From Ionaspis alba (lineage: Eukaryota): a DNA stretch of 48,086 nt. The position numbers and the translations under genes are program-made. The stretch covers positions 1 through 48,086 of the forward strand of contig CAXUUL010000042.1 of the NCBI GenBank assembly GCA_964255285.1, in the 5' to 3' direction. The notes under the pieces were generated by a model. The model saw only the letters and a program-made list of their open reading frames with translations, did not search any database and was not told the DNA's origin. Below are positions 24,801-37,348 of the stretch, piece by piece. Position 1 is the stretch's first letter; each line of letters starts with the position of its first letter.

Positions 24801-27310
24801 ATGCCGTCTCTTGGAACGAAGGGCAAGAGCAAGGTTAGAGAAGGACGCCAATCGCGAAGTCGCAATACCACTCCCAGCTCTGTTGTCAGTACCACCATGA
24901 GCGCTACTATACCAAAGACTGCCTATCTCGACATCGACGTGGGTCATTTGATGATTCCGACCAACATCCTCTACGATGACATCCTCGAACGGCATGGTGG
25001 CAGTGGGGGCATTCCGGATCCGAAGCACCTCGAGGCACTCGAGAATGACCTGAAGACCTTGAGCCAATTGGCAGAGATGAGGGAATCTGTATGCGACGGC
25101 GGCATGCGTGAATTGTCCAATCGGCGCAAGGAGCGAGTCGAAGAGGAACGCGAGATGGAGCAGGCTCTGCTTGAGGCAGAGGAGAAGGCGAGTCTCAAGC
25201 GGGCGGCTGAAGACGAGGAGCTAGATAGGGGCAGGAAAGAAGGCAAAGTGAAGAAGAGGAAAGATCGAAGTAGAGCGAGGGAGGAACGTCCACTGACTCA
25301 CGGTGCACATGGAATTGCCAGGCAAGATGGAACAAACGTAGCGTCTCTCGGTATGTACCTTCGCTTTATCGACATCCAAGAGGATTCTATTCCCCTTTCA
25401 CTGCGTCAGCATATTTCCTTTGCATTGTTTCCAAATAAATGATACCGACCTGGCTGTCTCCTTGTCTTCCCCATTTCGCCGTATCTTCAGCTTGAAGCAG
25501 ATCTATTTCTTCAGAGGCTACCATGCCTCGTACGCAAATCTCGCAGCCCTGGATTCTGTCGAGCACGCCGGGAACTTTGGATCTCGAGAATCAGCAGCTT
25601 GAACGGCTCATTGCTGACGTGCAACAAGCTTCAGGACCCTCCACACCTAGCAAACCCTCTAGCAACACTCGTCCGGAGCCATCTCCCACGAAGAGCAAGC
25701 AAGTGACGACTTCGGGGAGTTCTTCATCACTGTCTCCTGCTTCCCAACTCCCTTCACCCACAGTAGGCCCGCTAAAAGCCTCGGACAACCGAAAGATGCG
25801 TGAAGACTCGATGTCTTCGGACGACTCTCATCAACCTCCGCCTGCTGCTAGCATTCCTCAGTACCAGACTTTCGGCTCTGATCCACTGGCCTTTGATGAT
25901 CCTACTACCTACCACATTCGTGAGGTTACTGCAAACATGACAGACGAGGAAAAGAAGGAAATCTTTGGTGTCTCCTCCTTTCCTCATGACGATCTGAGCG
26001 AACTGATCGCAGGAGTACCACCAGATAAGGACTTCAGTAATGCAAAGCCCAGTAATCAGGTCAATGCCAACACCTTCGCCACATATCTGGAACCGTACCT
26101 GAGACCATTGACGGAAGAAGATATGGCCTTCCTCAAGGAAAGAGTAAGCTCTGTCCTGAAATACGTACTGGAACTACAAGGACTGATCAACGTAGGGCGA
26201 CCGAGTGACTCCGTTCCTCATGCCCCGTCGCGGCCGGAGACATTACACTGAAATTTGGGCCGAGGAAGATGGTGCCACTTCTGTAGATACTCCCCACCAG
26301 AGCCGTGAACGGCTACCGGCCAATCAGGCCCGTGGCAGTCTTGATCAGATGGACGATGACACTGTCGAGACAGATCAGGTCTCTGCAGGACCCTTGCTCA
26401 ATCGCCTTCTGTCGACAATGCGCTACGAGCACCGTCCTACACGTGGTGAAGACAAAGAGAAGACCAACGGCGCCGTTAATGGTGAGTCTACTACCACCGG
26501 CTTCCCGAATGGTGATCCGATGGGAGGGGAGAGTAACTTCGACATTGGCTCGGACGACCGTCTCCCTTCCGCCACACTGTTCCCCGAGTCGCTGTCCCAA
26601 AATTGGAAGGTCCCAGCCGCCAAGCTCGACTACACCCAAGTCGACGAGCGACTCAAGGCCGAGCTCCGCTACATCGGATTCCTCGGGCAAGATGAAGAGC
26701 CCGACTACGACGCTCACTACGACGACGAAGTAGCTCAACGTCTCCGGTGCCTGCAGGCCGAACTCAAAAAACAGGTCATCATCAATGGTGCTCGAAAGGC
26801 ACGTTTGCTACAGATAGCCCAAGAGCGTATGGCCCACCAAGAGTTCAGCACGATTCTCGATGACCTCGATGGCCAAGTGCAGCAAGCCTACTTGAAACGC
26901 ACTCGGACATTGGGCAAGGGCAAGAAGAATGCCAAGCGCCCTGGCGGCGCGGGAGGAGGAAGTCATTATATTGCCGGATCAGCTGGCGGCACTGCCGGGA
27001 CGGCGAAGCCCGGAATAGGAGATGCAGCGAAGACGCTGATGGAGAGGAGGAAGAAGTGGACCGACACCATCAAGCCAATATTTAGCGACGAAGTCACGAG
27101 GGTCCGAGGAGANNNNNNNNNNNNNNNNNNNNNNNNNNNNNNNNNNNNNNNNNNNNNNNNNNNNNNNNNNNNNNNNNNNNNNNNNNNNNNNNNNNNNNNN
27201 NNNNNNNNNNNNCGAGGGTCCGAGGAGATGGTGAGACCATCTTCACCGAACCCGAGATGTCGGTATTAATGGCAGCTGAACGAGAGAAATGGGATGAAGA
27301 GGCGGAGTAG
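24801..27310 (+). CDS. NGG1: SAGA/ADA histone acetyltransferase complex subunit Ada3/Ngg1
   Basis: RQSRSRNTTP, PPDKDFSNAKPSNQVNANTFATYLEPYLRPLTEEDMAFLKER, DERLKAELRYIGFL, DDEVAQRLRCLQAELKKQVIINGARKARL, QEFSTILDDLDGQVQQAYLKR. Merging the gap overlap restores the frame to ...AAEREKWDEEAE*. Confidence 0.93.
27113..27212. other. Scaffold gap (100 N) flanked by a 16-bp overlap; probably zero true length
   Basis: cgagggtccgaggaga at 27097-27112 and 27213-27228; collapsing the overlap gives an uninterrupted NGG1 frame. Confidence 0.88.
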
Positions 27311-27796
27311 GGACTTGCACATGGATTTTCTATGGTATGGACGGCTAAGACCGGTGTCTCTACCTCCAATTCGTTTAGATACCGCTTTAGGGAAAGGCTG
27401 ATGATTTTCCTCGTATTGAATGACATGAAGATACCCAATAGGACACGCAGTGTTCGCGGAGTTTACAGACTTGCTACAAATCAATCCCTCTCATGGTAAC
27501 GTGGGTTTAGTCTCAGTGACCTTTACAGAAAAAATCAGATACATGGTCAGGTGCTCGAATACAGGAACCTTGGGTGCATTGCCTCTGCGGGCATCTGGGA
27601 CGCTGCCATCTGAGAGCAGAGAATTGTTGTCCTCTTAATGTCATGTCCTATAGAATGCTAGATTCAATCACGTTGCGGTTGATTGGAATCATTACTCATC
27701 CTATTGAATATGCACATGGCTATTTATGTCCCAAGAAAGATTTAAGTGATCGCTGATGGAAAAAGCAGTACAGGTCTGGTTGTGGCATTCCGAGCC

Positions 27797-30625
27797 CTAA
27801 TATATGTAATAACCCTGGGTGAGGGGCAAGTCTATCGCCGGTTCGGCCTTGCAAACCATTCCGTCTGCTTCGACGACCTGAACACCAGTGAGCACTCGGT
27901 GCTAGGTGGAGAGGGCTGGGATTGGCACTCACATAGCTTTCGGGGTTCACTTTCATCTTGGGCATGATGTCGTTATACTTCATGTCCTTCTTTCCGATCT
28001 TCCTGCAGTTCTTCACCACTTCGACGCGCTTTTTGAGATTGTACGTTGCTACAACGCCCGATTCCACAGAAGCCTGGGAGACAAAAGTGACAGAAGTGCG
28101 AGGCACCATCGCCTGAAAAAAGTCAGCACTCCTTCCATGACAATTTCGGTTGGTAGACGTACGGCAAACATTGGCCGCATCATGATAGGCTCCACGACTG
28201 AGATCGACGCATTCGGATCTCCCATCTGTGCATATGAGATCATACCACTCTTGAGCACCATGCTTGGTTTCGTGCCAAAATTCGCAGGCTTCCAAAGGCA
28301 AAGGTCTGCCAGCTTACCAACCTCTACGCTACCAATTACGTGACTCATTCCCTGCGTGATCGCTGGATTTATGGTGTATTTACTGATATACCTCTTGACC
28401 CGGAAGTTGTCCGCTCCCGTACCTTCATCTTCCTTAAGAGTGCCTCGTTGAGCTTTATTCTTGTGGGCAGTATTCCAGGTCCTCAAAATCACTTCACCAC
28501 ACCGACCCATGGCTTGAGAATCCGAAGACATCATGCTGATGGCGCCTAGATCGTGTAGAACGTCTTCTGCCGCAATGGTTTCGGCACGAATGCGTGACTC
28601 TGCAAATGCAACGTCCTCGGGAATATTCTTTGAGAGGTGGTGACAGACCATAAGCATATCGAGGTGCTCGTCGAGCGTGTTTCGAGTGTATGGTCGTGTC
28701 GGATTCGTTGAACTAGGCAGCACGTTCGGATGCTCCACCACGGATATAATGTCGGGTGCATGTCCTCCTCCAGCTCCTTCCGTATGATAGGTGTGAATGG
28801 TACGGTCCTTGAACGCAGCGATAGTTTGCTCCACGAACCCAGACTCGTTCAGGGTGTCGGTATGGATAAGACATTGGACATCGTACTCATCGCAGACACT
28901 TAAGCAAGTATCGATTGCCGTGGGAGTAGTGCCCCAGTCCTCGTGCAATTTCAACCCTGCCGCTCCTGCAAGGCATTGCTCTTGAAGTGCCCGCGGACTA
29001 CTGTCGTTCCCTTTTCCGGTGATAGCGAAGTTGATAGGAAGTTCGTCGCACGCTTGAAGCATCTGTCTCAGATGCGTTTTGCCCGGTGTACAAGTTGTGG
29101 CCAAAGTCCCAGTACTAGGACCTGTTCCTCCTCCGAGCATCGTTGTAATGCCGGAAGCTACGGCCTCGTATGCTTGTTGTGGACAGATGAAATGGATATG
29201 TGTGTCGAACCCGCCAGCCGTGACGATGTCATGCTCTCCAGCTATCACCTCCGTACAAGAACCGATGACCATGGCAGGATCAACACCGTCCATCACGTCC
29301 GGATTGCCAGCTTTTCCAATACCTACTATAACACCGTCTTTGATTCCAATGTCGGCCTTCATGATACCGCTCCAGTCCACGATCAATGCATTCGTAATGA
29401 CAGTATCAAGAGTTTCCGTATCTGAACGGCCGCTTGCCTGTCCCATTCCTTCACGTATGGTCTTTCCACCTCCAAACTTGCATTCTTCTCCGTAGACAGT
29501 AAAGTCTTTCTCGACCTTGATCCACAAGTCTGTGGCGCCAAGACGAACCAGGTCTCCTGTTGTAGGGCCAAACATTCCACAATAGGCTTCTCGCGTCATC
29601 GAGAAAGGTTCTATGTGTGCACCGTCTCCCGCAGGCTCGGGTACATTCGCAAATCCGCCTTTTTGCAACCTCTCGGCGATTTCTTTGTCCCGAGATAAGT
29701 CAACCTGCCCTGGGGCTATGCCATTGCCACCTCTGATCACGCGGTGTCCGCCCATCTCAACGAGTGTTACCGTCTTGCTATCACCAGGCTCGAACCTTAT
29801 CGAGGTCCCGGCTGCCACATCCAGTAGATAGCCGTATGCTCTTAGCCGGTCGAACTCGAGCTGGGGATTAGTCTCGATAAAATGATAGTGAGATCCAACC
29901 TATGCCAATGAGCAATTGGACTTATTAGCATCCATCCTTCATACCTGGATAGGTCTATCTCCCATGCTCGTCACTCTCAATTTTATTCTCTTCTTTCCCT
30001 CATGAAGAACTATTTTCTTTCCGGTCTTTACAGTCACAACCGCCCCAGCCAATTTTATAGGCTCGTAAGTGGACGGATCGGGCAAAGGAAACAGATCCTT
30101 GGATGGTACGGGTAAGAAGCTCCCGTACAAGGCCTTTTCTAGGTCACCATCGTCCGTGCTCACCGGGTGATGGACTGTGACCAGATAGGTGCCAGAGGGA
30201 AAAGTCCCTTCAACCATTAGCTCTTCCAAGGACGAGATGACCGAGGGTAGGACATGACGCCGTCCGAGCATGGTCTTTCCGATTGACATGAGATCGGCCA
30301 CGCTGTGGTTGCCATCTCGTATAAGCTGAAGCGGTATCTTTAGCAAGTAGCTCCGATATCTGGTCGTGCCTCACATACTTCTTGCAAGTTGTTTGCTATC
30401 AATGCCTAAGAAGATTAGAAACGCTAGAGCCTTTGACCCGCAAAGGTGTTGTGGGAGAGCGCACCGTAGCTTCCGCATGATTGAGCTTCACTCCTCGAGC
30501 TAACCGCCGTTGCGCGAGCAACCCAACCTGTGAGATTATGAGCTTGTCAAGCTGCTAGGTTGTTAGTAAGATCAGGAAACTATCCCTTAAATATGCTCGC
30601 TGACCTCCTTTGGCACAAGATGCAT
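27797..30625 (-). CDS. URE1: Urease, eukaryotic single-chain gamma-beta-alpha fusion
   Basis: [67 protein letters not shown]. Ni-site motifs are intact: [44 protein letters not shown]. Multiple introns; stop at 27797. Confidence 0.97.
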
Positions 30626-30634
30626 GGTGAATGA

Positions 30635-30805
30635 TTATCTTCAGAGAAATGTCGCGGCGAAGTCCAAAACAGCATATTTACGACACGGGGAAGGAATTGG
30701 GAAGATGCGGGGTGGAGGGGTCTTTCCAGACCACTCGGACTCGCGATAAGGATTACATGCAGCCATTGTTAATGGCGTCGCTACCAATCTTCAGAACTTT
30801 GATAA
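30635..30805. promoter_or_regulatory. Three HGATAR sites upstream of urease (candidate AreA/Nit2 nitrogen-repression sites)
   Basis: TTATCT at 30635-30640, CGATAA at 30744-30749 and TGATAA at 30800-30805, all within 180 bp of the ATG. Confidence 0.45.
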
Positions 30806-31149
30806 CATACGACGGCGGCACAACATGAGCTGCCAAGGTTGAACATGAATTGTATTCACATATCATCGTGCTAGTCATCATTTGAACTTCATCGGTTTGC
30901 AAATGGACGGCGTTCTTCAAAGTAACCCTGGCCTGGCTCTTAACCCACAGATCCATCTCTATTACTTGAATACAGGAAAGGGAAAACTTCAAAGCACAAT
31001 TTTTGTCTTCATGACAGAGCAGGGATCAAGCAACAAGGCCCACGGCAGAATCCCAGATCGAGATACACAACAACGTCCGGGCAAGGCCATGACTCTCGAT
31101 ATACAAGAATCTACCTCCCACTGTGGTGCGAGATACTGCATCCACTTCG

Positions 31150-32572
31150 CTACTCTACCGCTTCTGATTTGCGCTTCTTGCTTTTCTTCTTCTCTTTCTT
31201 CTGGCTGTCTTGAGTCTTGACCGGAGAACTTATCACCGCCTCCGGCTCCTCCAAGTCTTCGGTGTCAATCTTACTCTCCTTCTTCTTGCCTGAGCGCTTC
31301 TTCCTCTCCTTTTCCGGAGACTTGGACACTCTCTCGGCCACTGGACTCTCAGCGGCAGCCTTGGCCTTGGCTTTCTCTGCAGCTTTTGAGGCTATAGACT
31401 CCTTCGCCGTCTTTTGCCGCTTGCTGGCCCGCTCGGACTTAGCTGGTGTAGGTGCTTTGGCAGGGGGAGGAGCCTCTTCCTCTTCCTCTTCTTCGTCGTC
31501 ATCATCATCGTCATCAGTGGGAGTACTGGAAGCAGTAGCGTCCGGTGTCGTCTCTGCAGGCGCCGCAACAGCCTTTGTGGGTGGTTTGGGCCCCTTCCTG
31601 CCCTTTGGTGGCTGTCCAGATTTCTGCTGCTCTTCCCACAGTCTCCTTGCTTCGTCTGCATCGATCACAGGAATGGGCTCCCCCGCCTCGTATGCTTCTT
31701 TTTGTTTGTAGTAGCGGGCCAGGTCAACTTGGTACATGTATTCATACGACTGTGGGGCAGCATATCAGCGTTTGCCTATAGCGATAACCTCGAGCAACGT
31801 ACAGCTTTGTCTTCTTCGGTGATGTTCTCCCACAGCTTTTCGCTCTCTGCTGAAACCTGTGCGGCTGTCCAATCGGGATTCTGCTCCTTGATCTTAGGTT
31901 TGTTGTGTTGCATGAACAAGAAATAAGAGGTCAATGCTCGTTTCGGCGCATTAGGGTCATGTGGCTTTCTCTTCTTCTTTGCTCCACCTTCAGCGAAGGC
32001 ACCAGGCGTCTCTGCGCGCGGTCTGGCAGGAGCAGGGTTTTCGGCGTCATAAGTCCCAGTCGCAGGGAAGAAGGGAAGGCTGACACGCGCGGGGTGGCCC
32101 TCGGGCAGTCGGGAGTTGAAGTAGGTGATATATGTTCGCCGAAGCTCATGGACACCTGATTCTAGGTTGCTGAGACCCGTGATTACCTAGATCACACCGA
32201 TTCGTTAGTGGTTTGTTTGTCCAAGGGTCTGTTGACAGAGTCACAGGCTGTATAAACGCGTCGACAAGGGAGGCTGAATAGTATAGATATATAGCAATTC
32301 AAACATAAAACTTTCGACACGCGTTCAGGCGTGCAGAACGAAGATATATGAGTAGTTGGTGCTCATGGTTGTAGAGATCCTTTTAGTCTTTGAAGATCTG
32401 GGAACCACCGCGGCGAGAGAGATTGTTTGCTGCAGCGATTGAAAATTCGCGATATGATGAGATCGAAGGAAAATAAAGGGTAAACACTTACATTATCTCT
32501 CATGAAAATGATGTCCTTTGCACTCATCAAAGGCTCATCGCCACTCGTTTCGGATTTCTTAGGGCGGGCCAT
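31150..32572 (-). CDS. HMG-box chromatin protein (Hmo1-like), with acidic tract and Lys-rich tail
   Basis: Exon 2 contains KKKRKPHDPNAPKRALTSYFLFMQHNKPKIKEQNPDWTAAQVSAESEKLWENITEEDKA (HMG box). Introns at 32491-32187 and ~31802-31750. Confidence 0.9.
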
Positions 32573-33754
32573 GTTTACTACCTGATTGTCGCGATGATAG
32601 GTGGTGGCAGTGAGGAGTGATGGGTAGGATCGGTGAGGATGATGAGAGGTTTAGGCGGAGGAATTGGGGATAGAAAAGGGTGGGCACAGGCTGAGACCTG
32701 GTTAATTTGCTCAGGGCGGGGCTCCCTAAACTATGGATGCAATGATCGTCTCTAAGCGACTTAGCGGCTGCCCTTCCCCCTGCATTGTTTGCTGCTGGCG
32801 ACCCCTAAAAATAAATCTAGGAGGTCGGCTGACTGGACTTTAGTTGAAAGCACACTGGGTGTTTTAGCTGCCGCCCAGCATACCTGGCAACCTCTCAAGT
32901 CTCCGAGAAGGACAGGTAGCATAGGGTCGCAGGGTTGGCGTGAATTCGGGGAGCGTCCCGCTGGAGTGCGTTACTCTTACTACCTAAGTTTCTTCATATC
33001 GAGTAAATGCGCACCACGCCTTCAAGGGTTGTAAGATTCTAGGTATGTGTTGACATTTTAGACCCAACCAGAGGAGTCTTTCACGATCTTCCCTCCGCAG
33101 CCTTCTTTCACGAGTTTAGTTGATACCACGGTGATGCACAGTCGTTTGCTCCTTCAGGTTCCCAACAATTTCTACATCTAATTCTAGCTATTGTCACGGA
33201 CCGAGCATCGTCATCCAGCTTGCCTAAGGTTCTCTGAAAACTGCCCAGCAATTAGAGAGGACAGGAAGTCGCGGCCAACCTGTAGTCCCCAATCCATAGC
33301 TGTTTTCCCAAGCCAGCGCTGGCATGACCATCAGAATCATAAGCTCTAAGGAAATTCTATCTGGATTATTCTCCTCAGACTACCACCAAGACCAGAGGAA
33401 AGAAGTGTCACACAAACAAGACCAGCGTGGTAGATATCTACGTCACTCCACAGTGCCTGAATTGGGGTTCTCTTCAAGAATTTATACTCGAAAGGCACGC
33501 ATGCGCAGTCCCTGCTTTTACTTGAGCAAGGCAAGGCTCAAGAATACATATTTCCTTACCTCTGACTCGCATAATGGGTCCAACGACCGTAAATATGCCA
33601 GAAACGACAGCCTGATTGAAGAGAATGGGTCTATTTCAATGATCATGGTCTTCGTCCAGGTTGGCCAAGGTCTTCGAAAGTGAATTCTTCCCACTTGAAG
33701 TCCTCGATTTGGTCGAGCTTTCGAGGAACCCGGTAGAGGTGGATGCCAGCTCCT

Positions 33755-34642
33755 TCATGAGGCAAATTTGTCATGCTTCCCTTTCACCCGGACATCTAAA
33801 ATCGTCTCGTGGTAGTCCCCTTCCCGTCTGGCCCTCTTCAGTCTCTTCACCTCATCATCGTCTAGCCTCCTCCCAACGACATTCTCCAATTCTTTTCGAC
33901 TGATTTTCTCACGAGCTTTGTTCTCTTTATTGGATTTGAGCCCTGGTTTGAATCTCGCCTGCATCCGTAGTCGGAAGGTGGTGCCAAATGAGATAGTTTC
34001 AGCATCACCTCTGATCTCGAGGATCTTGCCGGCTTCGTTGATGGTGAAAAACTTGTCTCGTTGTGTCTGAATATTGAATGCCCCAGTAGTATCAGGGGAG
34101 GCAATGCACAAGAAGGATTCTTCTGCAGAGATAGCTTCACGGGTCGAAGACAGCATGCCGAATTTGTCGCAGCCAAGATATCTGTCAAAGCAGTGAAGCC
34201 ATAAGTAGTCTGTCACCTAAAGGGATATTGGCTATATCAAGCGGCGGAATCGACATTCTTACCTGCCATGGTGTCCTTTGAAGCTCACATACTCGGTCCC
34301 GGCCACTCTGTTGGCAACCCAAACCTGCCGTACGTCATGTGGCTCAGCTGTCGCTGGGTCACCTTCCACGATGTTTTCAATTGTACTTGTAAATACTTTA
34401 CCATTGGCATCACAAGCAATGCAAGTCGGCGGTACTGAAGGGAGGACGAAGATGATAGGTCCCGTAATGTCCGTGGACGCTTCAACCGAGACCCAGCTGT
34501 GATCTTCTTCCGCCGTCGCGATTACTTGATCGGTCGGTCTTATTAAGGAAGTCGAGTGTTCTTTCTCCTCCCCGTCGTCTGTTCTGGTGTATTTGCGCTT
34601 CTTGGATTTCTTGTCACCTTTAAAGGCAAGCGGTTTGACCAT
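33755..34642 (-). CDS. FRG1: FRG1-like protein (fascin-like actin-crosslinking fold, spliceosome-associated)
   Basis: MVKPLAFKGDKKSKKRK, AEPHDVRQVWVA, SFKGHHGR|YLGCDKFGMLS, RMQARFKP, LKRARREGDYHETILDVRVKGKHDKFA. One intron. Confidence 0.92.
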
Positions 34643-34935
34643 ATCTGTAAATCTGTGGGACTGTAGACACAGCCAAGTTATTGAAGCATCTAAATTGCCG
34701 ATTCACGCAAGTCGTATACTCTACACAAGCAGACGAACTGAGAATAGTACCTGTCGGGCGGCGCGGGCTAGCGTAGCCCTTATCCATGCCTAAGTCCTTA
34801 CCCAATCGGGGTAAATCATCGAATCGGTATCAAGTCTACATTTAAGCATAAAGGGCATTCGAAAGCAATAATGTCAAGTGTTGACCGATCAATCTGTGCT
34901 CTTTGGATTTTCTCGTTGCAATAAATCCACTGACT

Positions 34936-36121
34936 ATGGTTGTTACAGTGAGCCTCAAAGAGCTTGAAGAATGTTTGTCATTAAGCATGCTTGCTTCCTT
35001 GCCCATAATTAACCAGCCATAGCGTCCGTATCAGCTGAGGACTTAGAAGAGGCATTCGGCCCATCATCTTTGGGAATTATCATTGTACATGATCTAGCTC
35101 CCCGATTTGTACTTCTTCGCGAGAAGTTACTCTCATACGCCTCATATCTCGCAGCCTTACCAGCCACTGAATTAGGTTGCTATATCCTTGTGAGCCTCTC
35201 TAGAGACGGCTATCTAAAATTGAAACAGAAAAACTGTCCTGTCCTGAAGCCAAATGGCTCATCGGCTGGTCTCACGGCAAAGAGACACTCAGACCTAACG
35301 TATACGATACACTCAAAGGGTCGTACTACGTGAATTGCGCCTTCTACGTCAACCCAACCCTTGCCTCTACCCCAGCGGAAGAGTTCTCAGACCTCCCAGA
35401 GTACACCGCGCCTAATCTTTGGCCTACAGAGTCTCTCCTTCCAGGCTTTCAACAGACATTTGAGGAGCTCTGCAGCATAATCATAAGTACTACAGCTCTA
35501 GTTGCCAAGGCTTGTGATCGGTATGCCTTAGCGAATGTGGAGGGCTACGAGGCAGAATATTTGGAGCGAGTAGTCAAGACAAGCTTGACTACTAAGGCGC
35601 GGTTGCTTCATTACTTCCCTGCCGAGCCCTCAACTACCACACTTACTTCGATTGCCACGAGTGAGGATTCTGATAGGGGCAGAGATGAAGACACTTGGTG
35701 TGCCACGCACGTCGACCACGGCTGTCTGACCGGTCTGACTTCTGCCCTGTATATCAATGAGTCTGTCCCTCTTCCAAAGCCCTCACTTCCGCTTCCAACA
35801 CTTTCCACCTTCTCGGACTCTCCCGATCCAGAAGCAGGGCTATATATCAAATCACGGGAAGGGACTGTGACTAAAGTAAACATACCTGCCGATTGTCTCG
35901 CTTTTCAGACCGGAGAGGCACTAGAGGTGATAACGAAGGGGAAGTTCAGAGCTGTGCCACATTTCGTCAAGGGACCAAAGCCAGGCCGAGACGCAGCAGA
36001 AAAAACGGCGAGGAACACACTGGCAGTCTTTACTCAACCAAATCTGGGGGAGATCGTGGATAGGGAAAGAGGTACTACTTTTGCGGAGTTTGCGAGTATG
36101 GTGGTCAGTAGGAACACTTGA
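34936..36121 (+). CDS. 2-oxoglutarate/Fe(II)-dependent oxygenase (DIOX_N, IPNS/clavaminate-synthase-like), substrate unknown
   Basis: LEEAFGPSSLGIIIV, GWSHGKE, KGSYYVNC, NLWP, KARLLHYFP, HVDHGCLT (HxD), AFQTGEALE, AVPHFV (distal His), RNTLAVF. Two introns. Confidence 0.9.
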
Positions 36122-36445
36122 TGTGGCAATGAGGCCTAGTGTGCCGTCCTTGAGAGTTTTGACGGTGTACGTAGAGTGACAGTCCCTACTAAGGTTGGGT
36201 CACAGCGTATAGAACAAGGCTTGCGTTGTGAATGAATTTTGCGATCTAAGTCAAGCAAGCTCTATTTAGACTCCGTTTGTGTAATGCTCGTTATTCATGC
36301 ACTCGTTGCAGTGCTAGAAGGAGGGGTATATTCATTTGCATGCAATTCAACGCCACAAAGAAATCCCAGAACAAGTATCTCGTTGCCATAATTTCGTGAA
36401 GTCTGGTCGTGGGTAGCATGAGAGGGATCCGAGCAAAGTGGCTTT

Positions 36446-37348
36446 TCAAGATGTCGATATCCCGGATGCTGCTGCCGATTCTACTTCTGTCGTAGCATTG
36501 AGAAGGGACGAGGGTAGTATTGGGGGCGGAGGCATCCTGGCTTGTAGGGCAGCAATATTCGGGGGTACCTCGTCCGAGCCATAGCGATAGATTTCTGGGA
36601 TTTGCGAGCTCCATTGCGTATTGTTCGTCGAGTCGGAGATAGAGGGGAAGGAAAGGCCCTCAAGGCCACGCCGTTCTGCAGCTTCTTTAAGCCATTGCTC
36701 CCAATCTGCGTCCAATACTGCGTCTTCGCCTCTGGCTCTGGCTTCAGTAGCGGCAAGTAGGCGCTGGTTCAGCTCTACGCCCACGCTGCGTGATACCAGC
36801 TCATCTTCACTTTCGTCATCTTCGTCCTCCTCGCCTTCCTCGGAGACCATATCCTCATCGTCGTTGTTTGAATCGAGCTCTCCTTCGTGCAACTCTCCCT
36901 CCTCCACGCTTTCGAGATGACCAGCAGCAGGACTGATCATCGACTCCGGCTGTCTCGGCACGTAAGGCTCCACTCCATCCCAGGTAGTGTCTCTTATTTT
37001 CACCCCTTTGGCACGCTCAAAGGCTTCTTTCTTGTGCTTAGTTCCCTCCCAAGTACAGATGGCGTTGATTTCCGGTTCCGTCAATCTCAAAGCATCAAAG
37101 GCACTGAAGAGTCTGGCATGATACCCGAAACGCCCCAATCGAGTACGAGCAGCTGGAGTAGAGTAATCAAGTCCAGGGTATTGAGATTCAAGGCAGTCAA
37201 TGCTGCCGTAGAAAGCTTGGGTCTCTCGACGTACTTCAGGGAGAAGGCAACGGTGGACGAAGTCGTCAAAGTCTGTTGGGTGTTTGGATCGGGAAGGATT
37301 GGGAAAGATTAGGTTATATATCATGGGAGGGATGTCCGGCTTATGCAT
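36446..37348 (-). CDS. Hypothetical protein (globular N-terminal half, acidic tract)
   Basis: 300-aa uninterrupted ORF with protein-like blocks EVRRETQAFYG...YPGLDY...HARLFSAFDALRLT...CTWEGT and SVGVELNQRL...DWEQWLKEAAE. It resembles uncharacterised Pezizomycotina proteins; I cannot assign a domain. Confidence 0.8.
   Translation of the reverse strand: MHKPDIPPMIYNLIFPNPSRSKHPTDFDDFVHRCLLPEVRRETQAFYGSIDCLESQYPGLDYSTPAARTRLGRFGYHARLFSAFDALRLTEPEINAICTWEGTKHKKEAFERAKGVKIRDTTWDGVEPYVPRQPESMISPAAGHLESVEEGELHEGELDSNNDDEDMVSEEGEEDEDDESEDELVSRSVGVELNQRLLAATEARARGEDAVLDADWEQWLKEAAERRGLEGLSFPSISDSTNNTQWSSQIPEIYRYGSDEVPPNIAALQARMPPPPILPSSLLNATTEVESAAASGISTS

Noticed and set aside
27097..27228. 16-bp direct repeat and apparent frameshift or novel C-terminus in NGG1
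   Set aside because: Collapsing the overlap restores a normal reading frame, so it is an assembly artefact.
12760..30625. Apparent nutrient-signalling cluster (RMD5/GID2, NPR2, urease)
   Set aside because: The genes are separated by unrelated housekeeping genes and share no visible regulatory architecture; chance neighbourhood is sufficient.
33324..33683. 119-aa ORF between the HMG-box and FRG1 genes
   Set aside because: No recognisable domain or splice structure; likely spurious, though a gene relic cannot be excluded.
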